Positions 26,782 to 35,360 of a DNA stretch of 35,360 bases are shown piece by piece. Numbering within the stretch: position 1 is the stretch's first letter; each line of letters begins with the position of its first letter. The notes under the pieces are model-generated. The model was not told the origin of the DNA and did not search any database. It worked only from the letters and a program-made list of their open reading frames with translations. Source of the stretch: Burkholderiaceae bacterium (lineage in GTDB: Bacteria > Pseudomonadota > Gammaproteobacteria > Burkholderiales > Burkholderiaceae); NCBI GenBank assembly GCA_035539795.1, contig DATLHT010000008.1, positions 1 through 35,360 of the forward strand, written 5' to 3'. Made by a program: the position numbers and the translations under genes.

Positions 26782-27786
26782 ATGCGCCGCATCCTGATCG
26801 TCAAGGTTTCGTCGCTCGGCGACGTCGTGCATAACATGCCGCTCGTCTACGACCTCAAGGCCCGCTGGCCCGATTGCGCCATCGACTGGGTGGTCGAGGA
26901 GGGATATGTCGAGCTGGTGCGGCTGGTGCCCGGCGTCGATCGCATCATCCCGTTCGCGTTGCGGCGCTGGCGCAAGCAACTGAGGCAGCGTTCCGCGTGG
27001 CGCGAACTGGCCGCGTTTCGGCGCACGCTCAAGGCAGAGACCTACGATGCGGTGATCGACACGCAAGGCCTGCTCAAGACCGCCATAGTCGCCGGCTGGG
27101 CGCGCCGGACGGCCGGTGCCGAAGTGATCGGGCTCGCCAATGCCACCGAAGGCTCGGGCTACGAGCCGGTCAGCCGCTGGTTCTATACGCGTTCCATCAC
27201 CGTGCCGCTGCGTACGCACGCAGTGCAGCGCTCACGCCTGCTCGGTGCCGCCGTGACCGGCCGTATTCCGGACAGCATGCCAGCTTTCTTTGGCCCTGCC
27301 GCGCAGCAGCTGCACGTGGATGACCCGCTCTGGCACAACCTGCCGGCACGTTTTGCCGTGGGTTTCCATGCCACCGCCGGCGCGCGCAAGCGCTGGCCCG
27401 TGGCGCACTGGCATGCCCTGGGGCAACGTCTGCAATCCGAGGGGCTGACGCTGCTGCTGCCGTGGGGTAGCGCGGCCGAACATGCCGAGGCCCAGGCCAT
27501 TGCTAGCGGCGTGCCGGGCGCGCGCGTCCTGCCGCGTTTCTCGCTCTTGCAGGCATTCGGCCTGATCCAGCGTGCCACATTGATCGTTGGTGTCGATACC
27601 GGTCTCGTGCATATCGCTGCGGCGCTCGAGCGTCCGACCGTGGAGATCTACACGGCTACCGGCCGCTGGAAGACCGAAGGCTACTGGGCGCCGTGCATCG
27701 CCAATGTAGGCGACCAGGGTGTGGTGCCGGATGTGGAGACGGTCCATGCCGCCGCCCTGCGCGTCATGGCAGAGGCGGCAGAATGA
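26782..27786 (+). CDS. waaC: Lipopolysaccharide heptosyltransferase I
   Basis: MRRILIVKVSSLGDVVH, DWVVEE, DTQGLLK, GVDTGLVHIAAA; start moved to ATG 26782. Confidence 0.93.
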   Translation: MRRILIVKVSSLGDVVHNMPLVYDLKARWPDCAIDWVVEEGYVELVRLVPGVDRIIPFALRRWRKQLRQRSAWRELAAFRRTLKAETYDAVIDTQGLLKTAIVAGWARRTAGAEVIGLANATEGSGYEPVSRWFYTRSITVPLRTHAVQRSRLLGAAVTGRIPDSMPAFFGPAAQQLHVDDPLWHNLPARFAVGFHATAGARKRWPVAHWHALGQRLQSEGLTLLLPWGSAAEHAEAQAIASGVPGARVLPRFSLLQAFGLIQRATLIVGVDTGLVHIAAALERPTVEIYTATGRWKTEGYWAPCIANVGDQGVVPDVETVHAAALRVMAEAAE

Positions 27787-29075
27787 TGCTGCGCTGGCTG
27801 TATACCGCGCTCTGGCACCTGGCCCTGCCGGTGGCCTGCCTGCGCCTGCTGTGGCGCAGCCGGCGCGAGCCGGGCTATCGTCAGCATATTGGCGAGCGCT
27901 TCGGCCGCTATGGCCGGCAGACGCTGGCGCAAGACCGCTGCCTGTGGGTACACGCGGTCTCGGTCGGCGAAACGCGTGCCGCGCAGCCGCTGATCGAGGC
28001 GTTGCTGGCACGCTTTCCCGACCACGCGATTGTCCTGACGCACATGACGCCGACAGGGCGGCGCACCGGCGCCGAGTTGTTTGCCGCGGAACCTCGTGTG
28101 CATGAATGCTATCTACCCTATGACGTGCCTTGGGCGATCAGCGGATTCCTGCGGCATTTTCGCCCCGAGCTGGGGCTGGTGATGGAAACCGAGATCTGGC
28201 CGAATGTCGTGCACGGCTGTCGGCGCGCAGGTGTGCCGCTGTGTCTGGTCAATGCACGCATGTCGCCGCGCAGCTATCGGCGCACGCTGCGTCTGGGTCG
28301 TGCGGCGCGCGAAGTATTCGGCGGCTTCACGCGCATCCTGGCGCAGACGCCGGGCGACGCGGAGCGCTATCGTGCGCTCGGTGTGCTGCAGGTGGAGGTC
28401 ACCGGCAACCTCAAGTTCGACATGGCGCCACCGCCCGCGTTGCAGGAAAAAGGTGCGGCGTTGCATGCCGCGCTCGCGCACGACGGGCGCGCCGTATGGT
28501 GCGCCGGCAGTACGCGTGAAGGCGAAGAGGCACTGCTGCTGGCCGCCTGGCGGCAGCAGACCGAAAGCATAGGACGTCGCGCGGCGTTGATCCTTGTGCC
28601 GCGTCATCCGCAGCGTTTCGACGTGGTGGCCGAACTGGTGATCCAGGCCGGTTTTACGCTGCAGCGGCGCAGTGCCTTGACGGCCTGGCCGGAACGTATC
28701 GACACCGATGTGCTGCTCGGCGATTCGATGGGCGAGATGACGATGTATTTCAGCGCGTCGGACGCCGCATTCATCGGCGGTAGCTTGCTGCCCCTGGGCG
28801 GGCAGAATCTGATTGAAGCCTGTGCCGTGGGTACGCCGGTGCTGGTGGGGCCGCACACCTTCAATTTTGCCCAGGCCACGGAAGATGCCATTGCCGCCGG
28901 CGCCTGCCTGCGCGTGCCCGATGCCGGGGCGCTGGCGCGGGCCGTGCACGCTTTGCTGGCCGATCCGGTCGATCTGCAGGCCCGGCGTGAAGCCGCCACG
29001 CGGTTTGCCGGTGCGCATCGCGGGGCGACCGCGCGTACGGTCGATGTACTGGCAGCGCTGGTGCCGGTACGCTGA
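27783..29075 (+). CDS. waaA: Lipid IVA Kdo transferase
   Basis: WVHAVSVGE, YLPYD, METEIWPN, NARMS, TGNLKFD, GSTREGEE, VPRHPQRF, GGQNLIEA; ATGA overlap with waaC. Confidence 0.96.
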   Translation: MMLRWLYTALWHLALPVACLRLLWRSRREPGYRQHIGERFGRYGRQTLAQDRCLWVHAVSVGETRAAQPLIEALLARFPDHAIVLTHMTPTGRRTGAELFAAEPRVHECYLPYDVPWAISGFLRHFRPELGLVMETEIWPNVVHGCRRAGVPLCLVNARMSPRSYRRTLRLGRAAREVFGGFTRILAQTPGDAERYRALGVLQVEVTGNLKFDMAPPPALQEKGAALHAALAHDGRAVWCAGSTREGEEALLLAAWRQQTESIGRRAALILVPRHPQRFDVVAELVIQAGFTLQRRSALTAWPERIDTDVLLGDSMGEMTMYFSASDAAFIGGSLLPLGGQNLIEACAVGTPVLVGPHTFNFAQATEDAIAAGACLRVPDAGALARAVHALLADPVDLQARREAATRFAGAHRGATARTVDVLAALVPVR

Positions 29076-29112
29076 ACAAGCGATCCTGACAGTCACCTTC
29101 GAGGAGATGCGC

Positions 29113-29640
29113 ATGACACACAAGCCACACGAGTCGATGGAAACCTGGCGCAGATTGGCCACTGGCCTTGCGCTGCTGGCACTGGGCGGGCTGGCGGCCT
29201 GTGCCGGCAAGCCCGCCGCGACGTCGCAAGATGCGGCCACCGATGGCGGGCTGGCGCGTTGGGAACTGGTGCGGTGGCAGACCACCGAGGGCGCCGAGCG
29301 CGCCTTGCCGACGGGCGAGCCGGTGTTCCTGCTGTTCAGCAATGGCATCGATGCCGAGCAGGGTGCAGTGTCCGGCAACACCGGCTGCAACCAGGTGCGT
29401 GGGGGCTACGCCAAAACCGCATCGGGCATTCGCTTCATGCAGCTTGTCAGTACGCGGCGGGCATGTGAGCCCGAACGCATGGCAGTCGAATCGGGATTGC
29501 AGGCTGCCTTCTCTGCGCCGCTCGAGCGCGTCGCGGCACAGCCCTCGGAGGCCGCGCCGGGTGGACGGCAGGTGATGTGGAAAACGTCTGCAGGCGAACT
29601 CCTGCAGCTTCAGGAGCGTGAGCCGGCGCGTCGCAAGTAA
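29113..29640 (+). CDS. META-domain (HslJ-like) lipoprotein
   Basis: GAGGAG at 29101-29106; LAAC lipobox; WELV, SGNTGCNQ, STRRAC, E motifs. Confidence 0.85.
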   Translation: MTHKPHESMETWRRLATGLALLALGGLAACAGKPAATSQDAATDGGLARWELVRWQTTEGAERALPTGEPVFLLFSNGIDAEQGAVSGNTGCNQVRGGYAKTASGIRFMQLVSTRRACEPERMAVESGLQAAFSAPLERVAAQPSEAAPGGRQVMWKTSAGELLQLQEREPARRK

Positions 29641-29650
29641 GCGGCGCGCC
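29625..29650. terminator. GC-rich hairpin between convergent META and tolC genes
   Basis: ggcgcgtcgc-aagtaa-gcggcgcgcc, a 10-bp stem with one G-U pair; no U-tract, so weak support. Confidence 0.3.
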
Positions 29651-29656
29651 TCAGCT

Positions 29657-31120
29657 TCAGCCGGCTGCGCGGCTTGTGGCGCGTGGCTGGGTCAGCGGGG
29701 CCGTGGACGGCGACGCCGGCGATTTCCGCGGCGCAGCCTTCGCCGTGCCGGCGGGCAGCGCCGTGAGGCTGGCACTCGTGGCCGTCAACAGGGTATTGAT
29801 CTGCACCACGTCGTCTTCGGTCAGCGTGCCGGCCGCAGCCTTCAGTCGCAGGCCGTTCAGGATCGTGTCGTAGCGCGCGCGCTGCAGGTCGCGCCGCGTG
29901 GCGAACAACTGCGCCTGGGCATTCAGGACATCGATGTTGATGCGCACGCCGACCTCGTAACCCAGGCGGTTCGATTCCAGTGAGCTCAGCGCCGATTTTT
30001 CGGCGGCTTCGAGCGCCGCCACCTGGGCGAGCCCATTTGTGACACCCGAGTAGTACTGGCGCGCCGATTGCGCCGCGGTACGGCGCGCAAAATCGTAATC
30101 GCTGGCAGCCTTGTTTTCGAGCGCCAGTGTCTCGCGCACGCGCGATTGCGTGTAGCCGCCGGAGAACAGCGGAATTGTCACCTGCACGCCGATCTGGCTG
30201 GAGTCGCTGCGCGTGCCCCCCAGATTGGTCGTGCTTTGCGATGCCGTGCTGTTGCTGCTGTAGCTGCGTGACGCCACCAGGTCGACGGTGGGCAGATGGC
30301 CGGCACGTGCCTTCTTGGTTTCGCGCTGCGCGATCTGGCCGCTGAGGCTGGCAATGATGGCCTGCAGATTGCCGTCTTCGGCGCGCTCCGACCAGCTCGT
30401 GACGTCGGCCGGTACGGGGCCCGGAAGCGGGGCCCCGGGGCGCAGGCCCATCAGTTCCTCGGCCGGCTTGCCGGTGATCTGCTGCAGCGTGGCGCGTGCG
30501 ACCTCGAGCGCGCTGCGCGCGGCAATCTCGGTCGAGACTGCGAGGTCGTAACTGGCCTGCGCTTCGTTGGTGTCGGTGATGGTTGCCGTGCCAACCTCGA
30601 AGTTGCGCTTGGCCTGCTCGAGCTGCTGCGAGATCGCATCCTTCTGTGCGCCGGCGAGATACAGATTGTCCTGTGCTGCCAGCACGTTGAAATACGCGTC
30701 GCTGACACGCGTGATCAGGTCGATCGAAGCCTGCGCCAGCGTGGTGTCGGCAATCGCCACCTGCAGTTCGCCCTGCTTGTAGGTTTCCCAGCGGTCCCAG
30801 CGGAACAGCGGCTGGGTCAGGTTGAGCGACCAGCCCTTGGAGGTGCCGTTGCGTTCCACGCGGATCGGCGAGCGCTGGTCGACTTCACTGCGCGTGATGC
30901 TGGCGCTGCCGGAGATCTGCGGCAGCAGTCCCGAACGCGCCTGCGGCAGCGCTTCCTGTCCGGCCTGCGCCTGAAAGCGCGCGCTGGCGTATTGCGCATC
31001 GTTTCCTTGCGCCTCGTGATAGACCTGCAGCAGGTCGGCGCCGTGCGCCAACGGACTCAGGACGAGCAGGGCTACCACGGCAGCGCGGAGCGGGGTCGGG
31101 GCAAAGGAAGCGAAAGACAT
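29657..31120 (-). CDS. tolC: TolC-family outer membrane protein
   Basis: Signal peptide ending AHG-ADLLQVY, LTQPLF, FEVG, HLPTVDL, IPLFSGG, GYEVGVRINIDVLNAQ; ATG 31120 after GGAG (31141 alternative). Confidence 0.93.
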   Translation of the reverse strand: MSFASFAPTPLRAAVVALLVLSPLAHGADLLQVYHEAQGNDAQYASARFQAQAGQEALPQARSGLLPQISGSASITRSEVDQRSPIRVERNGTSKGWSLNLTQPLFRWDRWETYKQGELQVAIADTTLAQASIDLITRVSDAYFNVLAAQDNLYLAGAQKDAISQQLEQAKRNFEVGTATITDTNEAQASYDLAVSTEIAARSALEVARATLQQITGKPAEELMGLRPGAPLPGPVPADVTSWSERAEDGNLQAIIASLSGQIAQRETKKARAGHLPTVDLVASRSYSSNSTASQSTTNLGGTRSDSSQIGVQVTIPLFSGGYTQSRVRETLALENKAASDYDFARRTAAQSARQYYSGVTNGLAQVAALEAAEKSALSSLESNRLGYEVGVRINIDVLNAQAQLFATRRDLQRARYDTILNGLRLKAAAGTLTEDDVVQINTLLTATSASLTALPAGTAKAAPRKSPASPSTAPLTQPRATSRAAG

Positions 31121-31141
31121 GCGGACTCCGGGATTCGACAT

Positions 31142-31471
31142 TCAATAGACCGGCATTTGGGGATCGACCTGCCGGGCCCAGGCATCCACGCCGCCCGTCA
31201 GGTTATAGACATCGGTAAAGCCCTGGCGCTCGAGAAATCCCGCCACGTGCAGGCTGCGCATGCCGTGATGGCAGATGCAGATGACGGGTGCATCCTCGTC
31301 GACCTCCGCCGCCCGTTGCGGGACGCTGCCCATCGGCATGTGCAGGCTGCCGGGCAGGGCGCAGGTCTGGAATTCCCAGTCCTCGCGCACATCGAGCAGC
31401 ACGGGCCGGCCGCGTGCCGGGGCTGGCTCGGCCAGCCAGGCAGCAAGTTCGGGAGCGGTGAGGTTCTGCAT
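31142..31471 (-). CDS. Rhodanese-like domain protein
   Basis: LLDVREDWE, CHHGMRS active-site loop, NLTGGVDAW. Confidence 0.92.
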   Translation of the reverse strand: MQNLTAPELAAWLAEPAPARGRPVLLDVREDWEFQTCALPGSLHMPMGSVPQRAAEVDEDAPVICICHHGMRSLHVAGFLERQGFTDVYNLTGGVDAWARQVDPQMPVY

Positions 31472-31522
31472 TGTCAGGATGATCCGTCTGGTCTGTCGGG
31501 TCCGGTCTGTTGTCTGCCCGCT

Positions 31523-32176
31523 TCAGAAGCGGAAGCGCGGCAGGTCGTCGGCACCGATCAGCGGCGTCGCCATGGTCTCGAACAGGTTCACGGTCTGGAA
31601 TTCGGTATCCGACAGGCGCGTGATCAGCTGGGCCGTCATGACCGGCGCAGCGCCGACGATGGCGCCGAGGCGGCCGCCGACCTTGAGCTGGTCGAGCATG
31701 GCGCGCGGCACCACAGGCAAGGCGCCGGAGACGCAGATCACGTCGAACGGAGCGCCGGCGGCATAGCCATGCGCGCCGTCCGCTTCGAGCACCTGGGCGT
31801 TGGTCACGCCGTGGCGGGCGAGGTTCTGGCGCGCCATGTCGGCCAGTTCGGGCACGATGTCGAGCGTGGTGACCTGCTGCGCGCGATGGGCCAGCAGGGC
31901 GGCCATGTAGCCGGAGCCGGCGCCGATTTCGAGCACGGTCTCATGCTTGCGCACGCCCAGTTCCTGCAGCATGCGGGCCTCGACGCGCGGGGCCAGCATG
32001 TTCTGACCAGCGGGCAACGGGATTTCCATGTCGACAAAGGCCAGCGCCTGGTAGGCCGCGGGGACGAACAGCTCGCGCTTGACGATGGCCAGCAGATCGA
32101 GAATTTCCAGGTCGAGCACGTCCCACGGACGGATCTGTTGCTCGATCATATTGAAGCGTGCCTGTTCGATATCCAT
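31523..32176 (-). CDS. pcm: Protein-L-isoaspartate O-methyltransferase family protein
   Basis: ARFNMIEQQIRPW, RELFVP, VLEIGAGSGY, APFDVI, QLKVGG; ATG 32176 with GGAAGGA 7 nt upstream. Confidence 0.9.
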   Translation of the reverse strand: MDIEQARFNMIEQQIRPWDVLDLEILDLLAIVKRELFVPAAYQALAFVDMEIPLPAGQNMLAPRVEARMLQELGVRKHETVLEIGAGSGYMAALLAHRAQQVTTLDIVPELADMARQNLARHGVTNAQVLEADGAHGYAAGAPFDVICVSGALPVVPRAMLDQLKVGGRLGAIVGAAPVMTAQLITRLSDTEFQTVNLFETMATPLIGADDLPRFRF

Positions 32177-32262
32177 TTGCATTTCCTTCCATTCATCTAC
32201 CGCACGGGCCAAACCGTGGCCACGGCATCCAACCCTGCATTCTATCAAGTCCGCAGGGCGGT

Positions 32263-35200
32263 TCAGGGGATCACCACGGTGTTGCCGGCGGGGTGCCCCG
32301 GATCGTCCGGCTCATCGCCTTTGCCATCCGAATCGCCGTCCGGGCCGTCCTTGCCGCGCCATTTGCGCCGCAGCCACGCTGCCAGGTCATCCAGGTAGGT
32401 GTAGATCACCGGCACCACCACCAGCGTCAGCACCGACGAGGTGATGATGCCGCCAATCACCGTCTGGCCCATCGGCGCACGCTGTTCCGAGCCTTCGCCG
32501 AGGCTGAAGGCCAGCGGCACCATGCCGAAGATCATTGCCAGCGTGGTCATGAGGATCGGCCGAAGCCGCACGCGCGCCGCTTCCACCAAGGCTGCCTCGC
32601 GACCCAGTGCTGCCTTGCCGTGCTCGCCGCGGCGCGCCTGGTTGGCAAAGTCCACCAGCAGGATCGCGTTCTTGGTCACCAGCCCCATGAGCATGATGAA
32701 GCCGATGATCGAGAACATGTTCAGCGTCGACCGGAACAGCAGCAGCGCCAGGAACACGCCGATCAGCGTGAGCGGCAGCGACATCATGATCGCCACTGGC
32801 TGGAAGAAGCTGCCGAACTGGGAGGCCAGGATCATGTAGATGAAGATGATCGCCAGCGCCAGCGCCGAAACCGCGTACCCGAAGGACTCTCGCATGGATT
32901 TGGTGGAACCGCCAAAACGATATTTGTAACCCGTGGGTAAAGAAAGTGACTGCATCGTCAAGTCGATCTCGCGCGCCAGATCGCCGGGCGAGCGGCCGGC
33001 GGCGTTGGCAGTGATTTCCACCTCGCGCAGCAAGTCGCGGCGGCTGATCTTGGCCGCGCCAGTCGAAGGCACGATCTCCGCGATCTGACGCAGCGGCACC
33101 ATGCGCGGGGCGCCGTCGGCGGTCGTCTGCGTGCTGGCGATCATCAGGCCTTTGAGATCGGCCACGCCGGTGCGCGCATCGCGCGGCAGGCGTACGCGCA
33201 CGTCGTAGTTCTGGTCATCCGGTCCGCGCCAGCTCGTCACAGCATCGCCGGCCAGCAGCGGGCGCAGGGCATTGCCGATCTGGTTGAGACCGATGCCGAG
33301 ATCGGAGGCCAGTTCGCGGCGGATGCGGATTTCCACGGTAGGCCGGTCTTCCTTGAGGCTGGAATCGAGGTCCACGAGACCATCGATCCTGGCGAGCCGC
33401 GCCAGCGCTTCATCCGACAGGCGCTTGAGTTCCGGCAGGCTGTCGCCCTGGATCGACAACTGGATCGCCTTCTGTCCGCCCGCACCGTCCGGCATGCCAA
33501 CCTGCGTGAGCTTGATGCCGGCAATGCGGGTCATGCGCTCGCGCAGCACGCCATTGAACTGCTTCACGCTCATATTGCGTTCGCGGCGATCCTTGAGGCG
33601 GATCGACACCAGCGCGTTGTTCTTGCCGGCCGTGTTGCCGGAATTGATGGTGGCGTAGGAGTACAGCACTTCGGGAAATTCGCCGAGCGCAGCCTGCACC
33701 TGCTTGACCTTGCTTTCGGTGACATCGAGCGACGAGCCGACCGGCGTGGTGAAACCGATCTGCGTTTCCGACAGGTCGGCGGCCGGTACGAATTCCGTGC
33801 CGATCAGCGGCACCAGCGTGAAGCTGCCGAAGAAAGCCACCACCGCCAGCACCACGGTGGCGATGCGATGGCGCAGCGCCCAGCCGAGCATCCCGGCATA
33901 GCCGTGCGAAAGCGCATCCATGCGCCGGCTGAACCAGTCCAGCAGGCGGCCGAAGGTGCGGCCATACCAGCTGCCCTTGTTGCCGGTGCCGTGCAGGTCT
34001 GGATCGCGCCACACCGAAGACAGCATCGGGTCGAGCGTGAACGACACAAACATCGAGATCAGCACGGCTGCCACCACGGTGACGCCGAACTGATGGAAGA
34101 AGCGGCCGATGATGCCGCCCATGAAGCCGACGGGCAGGAACACCGCGACGATGGAGAGTGTGGTGGCCAGTACCGCCAGCCCGATCTCGCTCGTGCCGTC
34201 GAGCGCGGCGGCGCGGTGTGTCTTGCCCATCAGGTTGTGGCGCACGATGTTCTCGCGCACCACGATGGCATCGTCGATCAGCAGGCCGACGCATAGCGAC
34301 AGCGCCATCAGCGTGATCACGTTGAGCGTGAAGCCGGACATGTACATCACGCCGAAGGTACCGATCAGCGAGATCGGCAGTGTCAGGCCGGTGATGACCG
34401 TGCTGCGCCATGAGCCGAGGAACAGGAAGACGATGACGATGGTGAGTGCCGCCCCTTCCAGCAAGGTACTGCGCACCTCCGACACACTGTTGCGGATGCC
34501 GCGCGCGGTATCGTTGATGACCTTCAGTTCCACGCCTTCCGGCACCATCTTGCGCACGTCGTCGAGCATCGCCACGAGGCCGTCCACCGTGGCCACGGCG
34601 TTCTCGCCCTGTGCCTTGATGACTGTCAGGAACAGGCCGCGCTGGCCGTTGAGCAGCGCCAGGCTGTCCTGCTCTTCCTGGCCGTCCCGGACTTCGGCGA
34701 CCTGGTCGAGCGTCACCGCCTGCCCGCCGCGCCGCGCCACGATGATACGTGCGAAATCCTCGGGCGCCAGCGCGCGTCCCTTGATCTGCACGATCTGTTC
34801 GGTCGAGGATGATTGCAGCGCACCGGCTGGCAGTTCCTGGTTCTCGCTGCGCAGCGCGTTCATGACCTGATCGACACTCACGCCCAGCGCTTCCATGGCC
34901 TGCGGGCGCAGCTTGACCTCGATCTCGCGCTTGGTGCCGCCGACCAGCGAAATCGCGCCGACGCCGCGCACGGCTTCGAGGCGTTTCTTGACGATCTGGT
35001 CGGCGATGGTCGTCAGCTCGCGTGCCGAACGCTGGGCTGACGGATCCTTGCCGGGCGCGTTCTGCACCGCGAGGTAGAAGATCGGCAGTTCGGTCGGGTC
35101 GTAGCGCAGCACGCGCGGTTCCTCGACCTCGTCGCGGAACTGCGGGCGGATCAGGGCGATCTTGTCACGCACATCCTGTGCGGCGCGGCCGATATCGACC

Positions 35201-35358
35201 GTGAGCTGGAACTGGATGACGACGACCGAATTGTCCTGGTACGAGTTGGAGAAGATCTCGTCGATCCCGGAAATGGTGTTGACCACTTCCTCGATCTTGC
35301 GGGTGACATCGGATTCCACCGATTCCGGCGAGGCGCCGGGGTAGGCCGTCTGCACCAC
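32263..35358 (-). CDS. RND efflux permease (AcrB/AcrD/AcrF family), N-terminus beyond the window
   Basis: YPGASPE, GLLIDDAIVVRENI, VTKNAILLVDF, RLRPILMTT motifs; two large periplasmic loops. Confidence 0.95.
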   Translation of the reverse strand: MVQTAYPGASPESVESDVTRKIEEVVNTISGIDEIFSNSYQDNSVVVIQFQLTVDIGRAAQDVRDKIALIRPQFRDEVEEPRVLRYDPTELPIFYLAVQNAPGKDPSAQRSARELTTIADQIVKKRLEAVRGVGAISLVGGTKREIEVKLRPQAMEALGVSVDQVMNALRSENQELPAGALQSSSTEQIVQIKGRALAPEDFARIIVARRGGQAVTLDQVAEVRDGQEEQDSLALLNGQRGLFLTVIKAQGENAVATVDGLVAMLDDVRKMVPEGVELKVINDTARGIRNSVSEVRSTLLEGAALTIVIVFLFLGSWRSTVITGLTLPISLIGTFGVMYMSGFTLNVITLMALSLCVGLLIDDAIVVRENIVRHNLMGKTHRAAALDGTSEIGLAVLATTLSIVAVFLPVGFMGGIIGRFFHQFGVTVVAAVLISMFVSFTLDPMLSSVWRDPDLHGTGNKGSWYGRTFGRLLDWFSRRMDALSHGYAGMLGWALRHRIATVVLAVVAFFGSFTLVPLIGTEFVPAADLSETQIGFTTPVGSSLDVTESKVKQVQAALGEFPEVLYSYATINSGNTAGKNNALVSIRLKDRRERNMSVKQFNGVLRERMTRIAGIKLTQVGMPDGAGGQKAIQLSIQGDSLPELKRLSDEALARLARIDGLVDLDSSLKEDRPTVEIRIRRELASDLGIGLNQIGNALRPLLAGDAVTSWRGPDDQNYDVRVRLPRDARTGVADLKGLMIASTQTTADGAPRMVPLRQIAEIVPSTGAAKISRRDLLREVEITANAAGRSPGDLAREIDLTMQSLSLPTGYKYRFGGSTKSMRESFGYAVSALALAIIFIYMILASQFGSFFQPVAIMMSLPLTLIGVFLALLLFRSTLNMFSIIGFIMLMGLVTKNAILLVDFANQARRGEHGKAALGREAALVEAARVRLRPILMTTLAMIFGMVPLAFSLGEGSEQRAPMGQTVIGGIITSSVLTLVVVPVIYTYLDDLAAWLRRKWRGKDGPDGDSDGKGDEPDDPGHPAGNTVVIP

Positions 35359-35360
35359 CA

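Noticed and set aside
25389-26837. 482-aa minus-strand ORF
   Set aside because: Antisense shadow of pgm/pmm caused by high-GC codon bias; no motifs
28776-28787. Perfect ops match GGCGGTAGCTTG
   Set aside because: Lies inside waaA and encodes its conserved GGSL motif; not in a leader
28113-29390. 425-aa minus-strand ORF
   Set aside because: Antisense to waaA and the META gene; shadow ORF
30296-32398. 700-aa plus-strand ORF
   Set aside because: Runs antisense across tolC, rhodanese, pcm and the RND 3' end; composition typical of a GC-rich shadow frame
1-35360. CRISPR array, tRNA/rRNA or riboswitch
   Set aside because: No regularly spaced repeats or recognisable structured-RNA signatures; intergenic gaps are all under about 300 bp

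Overview
High-GC betaproteobacterial cell-envelope region. Gene order and composition resemble Cupriavidus/Ralstonia, but that is inference. Left to right: (i) the 3' end of a lower-GC polysaccharide cluster (wecB, two glycosyltransferases, wecA-like); (ii) a convergent, tightly coupled, lower-GC 9-gene minus-strand cassette (3882-12720) resembling an Arn/Gtr-style undecaprenyl-phosphate monosaccharide system with extra tailoring enzymes (RffA aminotransferase, WbqC, PhyH dioxygenase, methyl- and acetyltransferase, GT2, SMR-like flippase, two GT-C-like membrane proteins); (iii) an orphan lipoprotein and three large tandem hypothetical genes (13781-19200); (iv) a high-GC Wzx/GT4/phosphoglycosyltransferase operon; (v) housekeeping pgm/pmm, waaC, waaA, META lipoprotein, tolC, rhodanese, pcm and a partial RND pump. 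The most interesting signal is block (iii). By eye the three genes are diverged paralogues built from two domains I do not recognise (architectures A+B, A+B, B+B) joined by Pro/Ser-rich linkers carrying eukaryote-like short motifs (bipartite NLS-like, PY-NLS-like, eh1-like). Each gene is preceded by the same promoter architecture, CTTGnnn-N17-TATCGT. This suggests a co-regulated family of secreted, nucleus-targeted effectors, which is a hypothesis. All alignments and counts were done by hand; no database search was run.
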